NCBI GenBank assembly: GCA_964448115.1
Contig: CAYUVA010000028.1
Span: forward strand, 1 to 56,486
Reading direction: 5' to 3'
Length of the DNA: 56,486 nt
DNA from: an uncultured bacterium
GTDB lineage: Bacteria > CAYUVA01
The notes beneath the pieces are model-generated. The model ran no database searches. It was given only the letters and a program-made list of their open reading frames with translations, and had not been told where the DNA came from. The position numbers and the translations under genes are program-made. Positions 46,545 through 56,466 of the stretch are shown in pieces (the first letter of the stretch is position 1; each line of letters opens with the position of its first letter).

Positions 46545-46682
46545 TTTTTTAAAAGCAGTTATAAATATAATGTCAGAATATTATCAAATAAAGATAATAA
46601 ATAGATAATTGTTATGAATCAATATCACAAAATTGCTATAATAATACCAAATATTTCGTATATTTGGAGGGGACTTTATTGC

Positions 46683-48377
46683 TTAAAAGTGAATTATCCC
46701 CTTGCCGCCATCGACGATGATGGTCTGCCCATTCTTGAGCAGCTTGGTTGCCATGTTGACCCCGACCACTGCCGGCAACCCATATTCCCTGGCAACGACA
46801 GCGCCATGGGAGAGTAATCCACCGATCTCGGTAACCAGTGCAGTAGCTCCAACGAAAAGGTGTGTCCAGCCAGGATCCGTTCCCTGGGCGACCAGGATCT
46901 CCCCCTTCTTGAATAGCTTGAACTCCTTGGGGCTTCTTATGATTCTCACCTTTCCCTTGGTTATGCCGGGGCTGACTCCAAGCCCTTCGAGCACGCTCTG
47001 CCCAAGCGGTTGACCGTCCTCGTAAGGCTCATCATCGAACAGGTAAGTGGGGGGTGATACTTGATGGCAGCGCTGAAACTCCTTTGCTCTTTGAATTGCT
47101 ACCGGGCTGAAATCCTCACCTTCAAGCAGAGCCTTCCGAATCTCCTCGAAACGAAGCATATATATATCCCCTGTCCGCCCTATTAGCCCCCTTGCCTTGA
47201 GCCTCCTCGCCGACTCCCTGACCATATCCTTGAGCATGGCGATTGCCATGTCGAAGTAGAAACGCTGGTTCTCTCGAAGAAGTATGTACTTCTGGAACAA
47301 AGATATAAGGTAATCGAAGCTGCTCAACCTTGCCTTGGTCAAAGAGGAGCTGCCATTTCGCATGATCAAATCCCTAAGCTCTCGGTGAGCCTGGATTCTT
47401 TGGTTTATTTGAGCATCCTGTATGGTGAATGGATCCGAGCAGTGATCGGACTTGAGGTAGCTGATAATCGCCTCGATCACCGGCGTGGGATCATCCTTCC
47501 AGGACGGGGATCTAAGCTCATAGGAGTTTGAACATCGATGTCCGTATAGCTCCAGGAAGCTGTGCAGTCGGCGCTTAAATTCGCTGAAGCGAGGTTGATT
47601 AAGCATTGCCAGCACCTCGTCAGATGCGAAATTAAGGAAAATGTTCCTGAGACTCTTGTCTTTCTCCACCTCCAGCTTAAGCAGCCAGATCGCTTTATTG
47701 GTCTCTATTGTCTTGCTTCCAGGTAGCCCTGCTGAAAGGCTATTCAGAAGATCCCCTGAGTCGGTGGAAGCCATCTTTTCGAGCATCATCCCTAAGACCT
47801 GGTAGAAAACATTAGCGATTAGCAGGCTACCGAGATGGATTTTTCGATACTGGAGCAGCAATTCCTCGCAGCGTACATAGACCTTCCAGAGCTCTTCATC
47901 GCTTTGGCTTGTCAAATCGAGTGCCTTTAGCCTTTCTAGCTGGGAGGTGAAGTAAGGTACAAAGCTATCCCAATGTTTCGGATTGTGCAGGATGTTTATA
48001 TCTATCTTGTTGAGGAAGCGGAACTTGACCTGCACCCAAAGTGCAAGCCCCAGAAAGGATAAGCTAGGGATACCCCATCTATCCTTATCTATCCGTTTGC
48101 GCACCTGGCGAGGAAAAAGCTCCAGAATATAATCAGGGATAGGCACCTTGAGGATATTCAATAGCTTATGGAACATGGAGGCATTCATATAGACATATCC
48201 ATCCCTTACCCTTGCCGGCGGGGTTCCGTTGCAGAGCTTCTCAGCGATAGGGTGATAGTACAGAAACTCGACAACGAACTTGTCCAGTAGCAAAGACTGG
48301 CTAAGCGGCGTGATCGGCTCAGGCCATCTTTCAGCCATGAATTGTCTAGTCCACAGGATTTTTTCCTTTTCACTCAA
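46683..48377 (-). CDS. PEP-utilising enzyme swivel-domain protein (rifampin phosphotransferase/PpsA-like C-terminal half)
   Basis: ERWPEPITPL, LYGHR..YEL..PSW, LGVSPG, TDPGWT, GGLLSHGAVVAREYGLPAVV; no ATP-grasp domain visible. Confidence 0.85.
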   Translation of the reverse strand: MSEKEKILWTRQFMAERWPEPITPLSQSLLLDKFVVEFLYYHPIAEKLCNGTPPARVRDGYVYMNASMFHKLLNILKVPIPDYILELFPRQVRKRIDKDRWGIPSLSFLGLALWVQVKFRFLNKIDINILHNPKHWDSFVPYFTSQLERLKALDLTSQSDEELWKVYVRCEELLLQYRKIHLGSLLIANVFYQVLGMMLEKMASTDSGDLLNSLSAGLPGSKTIETNKAIWLLKLEVEKDKSLRNIFLNFASDEVLAMLNQPRFSEFKRRLHSFLELYGHRCSNSYELRSPSWKDDPTPVIEAIISYLKSDHCSDPFTIQDAQINQRIQAHRELRDLIMRNGSSSLTKARLSSFDYLISLFQKYILLRENQRFYFDMAIAMLKDMVRESARRLKARGLIGRTGDIYMLRFEEIRKALLEGEDFSPVAIQRAKEFQRCHQVSPPTYLFDDEPYEDGQPLGQSVLEGLGVSPGITKGKVRIIRSPKEFKLFKKGEILVAQGTDPGWTHLFVGATALVTEIGGLLSHGAVVAREYGLPAVVGVNMATKLLKNGQTIIVDGGKGIIHF

Positions 48378-48556
48378 GATTGAAGCACCATGCTATTTCT
48401 TTAACTATCTAATCTTAATTCTAATTTTATGCAAAGTCAATGCCAAATTTTAAGCTAAAATTGGGCGATTAGGAGGGTAAATTGAGGGTAGAAAGGCATC
48501 CGGGATCTCTCATTCACGCCTTTTACTTGCTTATCAACTGCAAATCAGGATATGCA

Positions 48557-48585
48557 TTGACAATCAAGGCAACCATTGATAAATT
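48557..48585 (+). promoter_or_regulatory. Probable sigma70 promoter
   Basis: TTGACA-17 nt-TAAATT with extended TG, 40 nt before ATG 48626. Confidence 0.55.
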
Positions 48586-48625
48586 ACACTGGATCGAGAT
48601 TAGGCAATAAGTAACTCTTGAGAAA

Positions 48626-49333
48626 ATGAGTTTTACCATTTCGGTAGTATTCCCCGCATATAACGAGGAAGCCAACATAGAGCGCTCCTACGAGATCGCC
48701 GGCGAGGTCTTTTCCGAGGTTGCCGATGATTACGAGATAATCTTCGTCAATGATGGCAGCAAGGATCGAACAGCAGAACTCATCAATGGGCTAGCGAAAA
48801 GGGATGCCAAGGTCAAACCGCTTCACCACCAGGTGAACAAGGGCTACGCCAAAGCGCTCAAGACCGGCTTCGCCGCCGCTAGCATGGAGCTTATCTTCTA
48901 CACCGATTCGGATCTGCAGTTCGATATGTGGGATGTGAAGAAGCTGCTTCCCTTGATCGAGGATGCGGATATCGCGGTCGGGTGGCGGATGGATCGGCAG
49001 GATACCAGGCTGCGCATCTTCGTGGCACACTGCTACAACCTTTTTGCTCGCAAGCTATTTGGCATCTCGGTTCGCGATATCGATTGCGCATTCAAGCTGT
49101 TCCGCCGAGAGGTATTCGAGCGCATCGAGATCGAATCCGAGCAGTTCGTGGTCGATACTGAGATCCTAGCCAAGGCAAGGAAACTAGGCATGAGAGTAGT
49201 CGAGGTCGGCGTAAAGCACCTTCCCAGAGCCGGCGGGGTCTCCACGGTCAAGCCATCTCATGTCATAAATACATTAAAAGGGGTGGCCAGGCTCAAATGG
49301 CATCTGATGACAGCTCCCAAACGAGGCGATTGA
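48626..49333 (+). CDS. Polyprenyl-phosphate glycosyltransferase (GT2, DPM1-like)
   Basis: VVFPAYNEE, VNDGSKD, YTDSDLQ, DIDCAFKLF, R.GG.S. Confidence 0.9.
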   Translation: MSFTISVVFPAYNEEANIERSYEIAGEVFSEVADDYEIIFVNDGSKDRTAELINGLAKRDAKVKPLHHQVNKGYAKALKTGFAAASMELIFYTDSDLQFDMWDVKKLLPLIEDADIAVGWRMDRQDTRLRIFVAHCYNLFARKLFGISVRDIDCAFKLFRREVFERIEIESEQFVVDTEILAKARKLGMRVVEVGVKHLPRAGGVSTVKPSHVINTLKGVARLKWHLMTAPKRGD

Positions 49334-49447
49334 GCCACTGATTTTCCTTCTTGGAATTCGTGTCAGCTTATACTACTATATCAGCGCTTGAGACTAAGAA
49401 TTTAACAACATCGATGTTTACTGCAACCGTCAAGGAATAGCTGAAAG

Positions 49448-52400
49448 ATGCACAGCGACCTGTCAGGGCAGAGGTGGTACCAAAACCGGGTCTTGATCAT
49501 AGCGATGATAGTGATCGCGCTGGGCGCTTTTTTACGGGGATACAAGCTGAACTGGGATGGACCCCACCAGTTCCACAGTGATGAGCGCAATGTCTGCTCA
49601 TCGATTGACAAGATATATTTCCGCTCCTTTAGCGACTATAACCTGAACCCGGGCTTCTTTGTCTATGGCGCCTTCCCGGTCTATCTCGCCAAGATGGTGC
49701 AGACCGCTGGTGGTTTCTTCAAGATAAAGATACCCACCGATGTCTCTGCGAGGCTTGTTGCCTGGTTTTTCAGCGTTTTGACCCTGCCGCTGGTTTTTTT
49801 ACTGGCAGCCAGTTTCTATGGCAGCACGGTCGCCTTGTTGGCTCTTATTTTCCTGTCATTTAATACCTTTACCATCCAGTCAGCGCACTTCGGCACGGTT
49901 GAATCTACCCTTATATTCTTTCTTGTTACCACGGTCTATATGTCCAAGCGCTTGCTCGACCATGGCCGCTTCAAGGACTATCTTCTGGCAGGTATCTTCT
50001 GTGGTCTCGGCATGGCAACCAAGTTTAGCGCTATAACCTTCATTATCCCCATTTTAATAGCCCACCTGGTGCTGGTTTATCGAAGCGGCATCAGGCAGAG
50101 CAAGACAAGATGGATCCATCTGCTGATCGCCTTTGCCGCCTCGCTATTCACCTCCTTTTTAGGGTCTCCACATGTATATTTGAAGCCCATGGACTTCCTC
50201 TATGCCATGCGCTGGGAGGGGGGCATCGTAAAGGGCGAGATCATTGCCAACTATGTCTATCAGTTCACCGGCACCATGCCCTACCTGTTTCAACTCAAGA
50301 ACCTCTTTTTATGGCACGCGGGACCGCCACTCGGATTATTCATGCTTTTAGGCATGGCTTATGTGATCTACCGGATACTGCGCCGCAACACCTGGCTGGA
50401 TCACCTGGTATTGATAATCGGGCTGGCTGGCTTCACCATCTACAACTTCGGCATGACCCCCTATTATGCCACAGACTACTTTGCCTTGTTCGTCTCTGCG
50501 ATTGCCTTCTTTTATTTGCTCTATCGCTTCATAAGGCACGGCACCTACGAGGAAATGACGCTCTATGCCTGGGCATTTGTATATTTCTTGATCATTGGCG
50601 GCTGGCGGGTGAAGTTCATGCGTTACATGCTTCCCTTGATGCCATTTTTCTGCATCGCCGCTGCCAAGGTATTGTACGATCTTATAAACTTTATAGCACT
50701 TAAGCCTTATGGAAAGCCGGTTTTCAGGGCAATCACCGGCATAGTCATCGCCTGCACGGTCACCTATGCCTTTTCGTACCTGAATGTCTATCAGGATGGC
50801 AATACTCGCGTCCAGGCGCAGAAATGGCTTGAAAAGGACGGTGGAAGCGGTAAGTACGCGCTCATCGAGTACTGGGATGACACGGTACCGCTCCCCGACG
50901 GATGGCAGAGCTACATCCTGAAGCTGTTCGAGAACGAGTCGATCTATAAAATGCAGGAGTTTGCCAGCGAGTTAAGCAAGGCAGATTACATAATCCTAAG
51001 CTCAAAGCGGGTCTATAACTCCATCTTCATCCTGAAGGAGAGCTATCCGGACACGACTCGATACTACAGGCTGCTGTTCACCGGCAGGCTAGGCTACGAG
51101 CTGGTCAAGACGATCACCGCCTATCCGACTATACCGATACTGAACATCCCCATCATAGACGAGACCGCAGAGGGGAGCTTCCAGTGGTTCGATCACCCTA
51201 AGATCCAGATATTCAAGAACACGAAGCGCTACGATTACCAAGCCATACTAAGGATACTAACTGACAAAACCGCCGCCCTGCCTCCAATCACCCTGGAGGA
51301 CCTGCGCGGGGTGGATCTTAACCGTGGACTAAAGACCCCGCTTGATGTGCAAAGGGCAAGGCGTGGGCTGCCAACAGAGCCGAAGCCGCAAGTTAAATCG
51401 AAAGTTCCACTAGCACCGCCTAGGCACTGGCAGCCGATCTTTTTAGCCGAGCACCCGGTATTCTACTGGTGGCTGGTGGTGCAGGTAATCTCGATATTCA
51501 CCTTCCCGATCGGCTTCATAGTGTTCAAGAACCTGCACGACAGGGGCTGGATCTTCAACAAGATCCTCGGTCTAGCGCTGGTAACCTGGATAGTATGGAT
51601 ACTGGTCAGCTTGAAGTTTATCGAGTATGATCGTTCAGCAGTCTTTTTCTCGCTTTCCCTCACCGCCCTGCTCGGTCTATACTGTTATTATAAGCGCAAT
51701 GCTGAGATACATCGATTTATCATTGCCAGGTACCGGCTCATCCTGTTCACCGAGGGATTCTTTTTGATCCTTTATATCGGCTTTTTGATCATCAGGGCAT
51801 ATAACCCGGATCTCTACTGGAGCGAGAAGCCGATGGACCTGAGCTTCATCAATGTGATCTTGAGGAGCAGAACTTTCCCGCCGATGGATCCCTGGTTTGC
51901 TGGGCATGTGGTCAATTACTATTACTATGGACACATGATCGTGGCTCAGTTGATCAAGATAACCCAGATCCCGGTCCACATTGCCTTTAATCTGATGATG
52001 GGATTGATCCCTGCATTGGTGATTACCGGTGCCTTCTCACTGGTTTACAACCTGTCGCAGAGCAAGTTTTTCGGCGTCTTGGGGGGACTGTTCTGCGGGG
52101 TGTTCGGCAATTTCGATGGTGTATGGCAGCTATTAAAAAAGGGTAAGCTCTGGCCTTACGACTGGTGGCACGGCGCACACGAGACCATACCGAACACGAT
52201 CAACGAGTTCCCATATTGGAGTTTTCTTTTTTCAGACCTGCATGCCCATGTCATCGTGATGCCATTTTTCTTTTTGCTGCTTGGCATGGAGCTTAACATC
52301 TTCATGTCAGATGCCCAGGGGCTGGCTGCGCTCGGATCCAAGAAAGAAAGATGGCTGGTGCTAGTATTGCTCGTTATCTGCTTTGGCTTGTTTTTCCCCA

Positions 52401-55400
52401 CCAATGCCTGGGACTTCGCAACCCATAGCTTCATCCTTTTCATGGCATTCTTCAGCAAGCGGTTTATGCAAAATGGCGAGCTGCGCAGGACATACCGGTG
52501 GTTCAGCGATGCCTGGCACTATGTAACCAGATCCGCCTGGCATAGCATATCCGGCTGGATACGGCGAAGAAAGCTGCGCCGGGAGAGGATCTATCTGCCC
52601 GAGCAGCTCGAGGTCTATGGTGATTTTATCTACTTGCGCCAAGACTGGCAGAGCCTTGCAGTTCAAATCGAGGATGCTTACCAAAAGAAGCCATTGCTGC
52701 AAAAGCCAGGCAGGATCTCGCTTGATCGGGATATATCGAAGGGCGCGCAGGGATTCTTTGTTGATGTTCTGCTTCCGCTGATACTGCTGATCCCGTTGGG
52801 TTTCTTGTTTTATCAGCCATTTTTTGCCAACTACAGCCCAATTAAGTATGGTCCTGGCTGGACCGAGCAATACACCACCCCGTTGCATCTGTTCCTGCGC
52901 ATTTTCGGCTTCATGCTCTTTTGCGTTTATTCTTATATCTTTATCCACTATGTTTGGCGTCTGCGCACCGTGGGCACCGGCTTTGTTGATATAATGAAGA
53001 AGATAATCCTCTGGGCGCTGTTTCTGGTCGCCTTTTATTTGGTGGGGCAGTGGGGATTCGGCTGGAATTGGCTCACCGCAGTCTTTCTATTCCCCTTTAT
53101 GTGGCTGGCGTTCACTTCGGTAGGCGGTTCTTTCGGCACCAGGGAGGATCGCTTTGCCCTGCTTATGATCGCAGCCGGGATTTTTCTCCCCTTTATCATC
53201 GAGTTCGTGCATCTGGTCGATTTCATGGGACACGGTCCCCATCGCAGGATGAACACGGTCTTCAAGATCCACCTGCACGGCTGGCTTTTGCTGGGCACCT
53301 TCAGCGGCTATGCCTTGTGGCGCTTCAGGCGATTGTTCAGGGAGCTTAATCTAACAAAAGGTGTAAAGTGGTGTATCTTGGCGCCGTGGTTGCTTGTTTT
53401 TAGCGCACTAACTGCCGGGGCGCTGATCTTCCCCTTCTTCGGAACCGCTGCCAAGCTGAAGCTGGAAAAGCGCTTTTTCTTGGGCGATGTTCCCACCCTG
53501 GATGGCTTATCCTATTTGAAAAACATACATCCAAAGGAGTACGAGGCTATCCGCTGGCTACAGGATAACATCCGCGGGGTACATGTAATCCTGGAGGCGA
53601 CCGGCGAGGCGCACGAGTATTATGATGACCATATCCGAGTCGCCATGAACACCGGCTTGCCTTCGCTTTTGGGATGGAACAGCCATGTCAGCCAGTGGAA
53701 CCACGATGGAAGGGAGATCGTGGAGCGAAGAAGCGACATCCGCAAGATATACGAAAGTGAGAATATACAGGAGACACTCAACCTTATCCGCAAGTACGAC
53801 ATCGAGTATATCTACATCGGCAGGCTGGAGCGGGGTAAATACAGAAACTCCGGCTTCGAGAAATTCGATAAGTTCAAGGAGTTCTTCGAGCTGGTCTATC
53901 GCAATCCCAAGACTCGTATATACAAGGTCATTCAGCACCAACCGGCTGGCTATGGCAAAAAGGAGGAGGTCATCCCGGGCGCAAGCACGCTGGCTATCGG
54001 CGGTGGTGGCAGCAAACCCGGAGAGTTCATGGCACCGGCTGATATAGCCCTGGCAGCTTCCGGCCAGTTCTATGTGGCAGACACGCTCAACCAGCGCATC
54101 CAGAGTTTCCACCCCAACGGCGCTTGGGCTGCTATGTGGGGAAGACCTGGAGATGGCGAGGGACAGCTCAAGGAGCCGGTCGGCTTAGCGATCGATGAAC
54201 AGGGCTTCGTCTATGTCTGCGACCGCTCCAATGACAGGGTAATCAAGTTCTCATCGACCGGCGATTATGTCTCCACCTTTGGTGAGGGAAGACTGCTAGC
54301 GCCACTGGATGCCTGCATTCTAAACGATGGTTCGCTCCTGGTCAGCGACAGCGGCAACAGCCGCCTGGCGCTGTTCAGCCCCCAAGGAAGACTATTGCGC
54401 TACATCGGGAACCTAGGCAGTCAACCCGGTGAGTTCAGGGAACCAGGCAGCCTTGCAATTCACAAGGACGGCAGCATCCTTGTACATGACATCGGCAATC
54501 AAAGGATACAGATCTTTGATGATCGCCTTAGATACAAAGGCGAATTCCCGGTCAAGACCTCCTATTTGCTGACTCGTGGCATCCCATACATGGATACTGA
54601 CCGCAAAGGTTACATATACTTAAGCGACCCGGTAGCCAACTGTATCTATGTTTATACCAGCAGTGGCGACCTGAAAAAGGAACACCATCAAGACGAGACC
54701 TTCAACGACTGGGTATGCCCCAGCGGAGTGGCGGTAAACCAGCGCGGGGACATGATCATCGTATCATCCGCTGATGGAAGGCTCATCCGCAAGCAGAAGC
54801 CGGAGACGGTAAACATGTTCGATGGCGGGCATGGCAATAAGCCGGGGCAATTCAACGAACCTCGCGACCTGTGTATTGACCAGGAGGGGAATATATACAT
54901 CGCTGACTTCAGGAATTATCGGGTGCAGAAGTTCGACTCCACCGGCGAGCTTATAATCGCCTGGGGAGGCAAAAAAGGGAGCGACCCAGGCGAATTCAAT
55001 GACCCCTGCGGCATCGCAGCAGCACCAGATGGCAGCATCTATGTTGCCGATACCTGGAATCACCGAGTCCAACACTTCGATCCCAATGGCAAGTTCATCG
55101 AGAAGTGGAATCCAGGATTCCTGGCGCCGCGAGGAATAACCATTGACCACAACGGGTTCGTCTATGTCTGCGATTCGGGCAATAATCGAATCTGCAAGTT
55201 CACCGCTGATGGCAAGATGGTCAAGGCTTGGGGCGGAAGCAGAGGCAAGGGGGTTGACCAGTTCTCCGAGCCTATCGGCATCTGCGCGGTTGGGAATACG
55301 CTTTATATCTGCGATAGTTGGAACCAGCGCATCCAGGTCTATAACACCAACGGCAGGTATATCAGGAGCATCGACCTTCCAACCTGCTGGACCGGGGACG

Positions 55401-55645
55401 CATTCCGCGAGCCGTACATCGACCACCATGAAGGATATTTATACATAACCGACCCGCCAAATAATCGTATAGCCAGGATCTCCACCGACGGCAAGGATAT
55501 ACGCTTTGCCAACCGCGCACTGGATCCTCGAAAGAAGGAGCTTGCCTATCCAATGGGTATCGCCATCGGCAAGAACGGTGAGATCCTGGTCTCGGACACC
55601 TGGAACCACCGCATCGTAAGAATCGATACCTCGCAATTCAGGTAG
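49448..55645 (+). CDS. 2065-aa fusion: PMT/ArnT-like GT-C domain + DUF2298 (YYY) membrane domain + NHL beta-propellers
   Basis: FHSDE, FFVYG.FP, ATKF in the N-terminal module; EKPMD, FPPMDPWF, NYYYYGH, INEFP, DLHAH, NAWD, RMNTVFK, TLDG, NTGLP in the middle; 12 NHL-like repeats at the C-terminus. Confidence 0.88.
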   Translation: MHSDLSGQRWYQNRVLIIAMIVIALGAFLRGYKLNWDGPHQFHSDERNVCSSIDKIYFRSFSDYNLNPGFFVYGAFPVYLAKMVQTAGGFFKIKIPTDVSARLVAWFFSVLTLPLVFLLAASFYGSTVALLALIFLSFNTFTIQSAHFGTVESTLIFFLVTTVYMSKRLLDHGRFKDYLLAGIFCGLGMATKFSAITFIIPILIAHLVLVYRSGIRQSKTRWIHLLIAFAASLFTSFLGSPHVYLKPMDFLYAMRWEGGIVKGEIIANYVYQFTGTMPYLFQLKNLFLWHAGPPLGLFMLLGMAYVIYRILRRNTWLDHLVLIIGLAGFTIYNFGMTPYYATDYFALFVSAIAFFYLLYRFIRHGTYEEMTLYAWAFVYFLIIGGWRVKFMRYMLPLMPFFCIAAAKVLYDLINFIALKPYGKPVFRAITGIVIACTVTYAFSYLNVYQDGNTRVQAQKWLEKDGGSGKYALIEYWDDTVPLPDGWQSYILKLFENESIYKMQEFASELSKADYIILSSKRVYNSIFILKESYPDTTRYYRLLFTGRLGYELVKTITAYPTIPILNIPIIDETAEGSFQWFDHPKIQIFKNTKRYDYQAILRILTDKTAALPPITLEDLRGVDLNRGLKTPLDVQRARRGLPTEPKPQVKSKVPLAPPRHWQPIFLAEHPVFYWWLVVQVISIFTFPIGFIVFKNLHDRGWIFNKILGLALVTWIVWILVSLKFIEYDRSAVFFSLSLTALLGLYCYYKRNAEIHRFIIARYRLILFTEGFFLILYIGFLIIRAYNPDLYWSEKPMDLSFINVILRSRTFPPMDPWFAGHVVNYYYYGHMIVAQLIKITQIPVHIAFNLMMGLIPALVITGAFSLVYNLSQSKFFGVLGGLFCGVFGNFDGVWQLLKKGKLWPYDWWHGAHETIPNTINEFPYWSFLFSDLHAHVIVMPFFFLLLGMELNIFMSDAQGLAALGSKKERWLVLVLLVICFGLFFPTNAWDFATHSFILFMAFFSKRFMQNGELRRTYRWFSDAWHYVTRSAWHSISGWIRRRKLRRERIYLPEQLEVYGDFIYLRQDWQSLAVQIEDAYQKKPLLQKPGRISLDRDISKGAQGFFVDVLLPLILLIPLGFLFYQPFFANYSPIKYGPGWTEQYTTPLHLFLRIFGFMLFCVYSYIFIHYVWRLRTVGTGFVDIMKKIILWALFLVAFYLVGQWGFGWNWLTAVFLFPFMWLAFTSVGGSFGTREDRFALLMIAAGIFLPFIIEFVHLVDFMGHGPHRRMNTVFKIHLHGWLLLGTFSGYALWRFRRLFRELNLTKGVKWCILAPWLLVFSALTAGALIFPFFGTAAKLKLEKRFFLGDVPTLDGLSYLKNIHPKEYEAIRWLQDNIRGVHVILEATGEAHEYYDDHIRVAMNTGLPSLLGWNSHVSQWNHDGREIVERRSDIRKIYESENIQETLNLIRKYDIEYIYIGRLERGKYRNSGFEKFDKFKEFFELVYRNPKTRIYKVIQHQPAGYGKKEEVIPGASTLAIGGGGSKPGEFMAPADIALAASGQFYVADTLNQRIQSFHPNGAWAAMWGRPGDGEGQLKEPVGLAIDEQGFVYVCDRSNDRVIKFSSTGDYVSTFGEGRLLAPLDACILNDGSLLVSDSGNSRLALFSPQGRLLRYIGNLGSQPGEFREPGSLAIHKDGSILVHDIGNQRIQIFDDRLRYKGEFPVKTSYLLTRGIPYMDTDRKGYIYLSDPVANCIYVYTSSGDLKKEHHQDETFNDWVCPSGVAVNQRGDMIIVSSADGRLIRKQKPETVNMFDGGHGNKPGQFNEPRDLCIDQEGNIYIADFRNYRVQKFDSTGELIIAWGGKKGSDPGEFNDPCGIAAAPDGSIYVADTWNHRVQHFDPNGKFIEKWNPGFLAPRGITIDHNGFVYVCDSGNNRICKFTADGKMVKAWGGSRGKGVDQFSEPIGICAVGNTLYICDSWNQRIQVYNTNGRYIRSIDLPTCWTGDAFREPYIDHHEGYLYITDPPNNRIARISTDGKDIRFANRALDPRKKELAYPMGIAIGKNGEILVSDTWNHRIVRIDTSQFR

Positions 55646-55655
55646 ATCCAGAGCC

Positions 55656-55724
55656 TCACGCAAAGACCCTCACGCAAAGGCGCAGGAAAGAAAGAGGATC
55701 ACGCAAAGACGCAAAGACCCAAAG
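55656..55724 (+). repeat. Cluster of three TCACGCAAAG repeats
   Basis: Includes GAAAGAGGATCACGCAAAGAC (55690-55710), identical to 9082-9102. Confidence 0.85.
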
Positions 55725-55808
55725 AGGAAGTGATACCCTGATACCGTGGTAAAGTGATAAAGGCGTATTGAACCACTTCAGAGGTAGGCGATTCTCCTCA
55801 ACACCTGA

Positions 55809-56466
55809 ATTTATTCTGTTGTTGGACCGACCAGGTCTGCAACCCTGCGCGGCGCCAGTCTGGTAAGCGCCGATCTTAAAGTCGCAATGTCCTTTCTACG
55901 GACCAGGTCTGCAACACTGACGAAGAATGGAAGAATTGGAATGAATATGTGTCGCAATGTCCTTTCTACGGACCAGGTCTGCAACTTATTATATTCCTGC
56001 TTTCTGCGGCAAATGCCGTCGCAATGTCCTTTCTACGGACCAGGTCTGCAACTAGAAGGAGACAGTTATGATTGTGAGACACAAAATAGTCGCAATGTCC
56101 TTTCTACGGACCAGGTCTGCAACGGAACTCCAGTGGAGACTTTTACAAGTCTTCAAGTCGCAATGTCCTTTCTACGGACCAGGTCTGCAACCAACCCCCG
56201 CCAATTGTGTTTTGGGGGGCTTACAAGTCGCAATGTCCTTTCTACGGACCAGGTCTGCAACGAGAATATGGCTGGCAATTTTTAGAGCCAGTTTGTCGCA
56301 ATGTCCTTTCTACGGACCAGGTCTGCAACAACATGACAGATCAGTCTCTTCAGGGTTCTGAGTCGCAATGTCCTTTCTACGGACCAGGTCTGCAACAGGA
56401 GACAAAAATGGCAAAGGAACTGAAGTATCTGGTCGCAATGTCCTTTCTACGGACCAGGTCTGCAAC
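55809..56466 (-). CRISPR. CRISPR array: 9 identical 35-bp repeats plus 1 degenerate terminal repeat, 9 spacers of 32-37 bp
   Basis: Plus-strand repeat GTCGCAATGTCCTTTCTACGGACCAGGTCTGCAAC starts at 55881, 55951, 56018, 56089, 56157, 56227, 56295, 56362 and 56432; partial copy GACCAGGTCTGCAAC at 55829-55843; minus strand ends ATTGCGAC and has a GTCC/GGAC stem. Confidence 0.97.

Noticed and set aside
46545-46680. AT-rich tract as a replication origin or small ORF (46614-46817)
   Set aside because: No DnaA boxes or dnaA nearby; the ORF overlaps the PEP-utiliser antisense
371-55663. Numerous short antisense or nested ORFs in the track
   Set aside because: They lie within well-supported genes and show no independent motifs
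55726-55808. Possible tracrRNA/anti-repeat beside the array
   Set aside because: No extended complementarity to the repeat was seen; only a weak hairpin
55887-56361. ORFs of 132 aa and 97 aa in the track
   Set aside because: They are translations of CRISPR repeats and spacers
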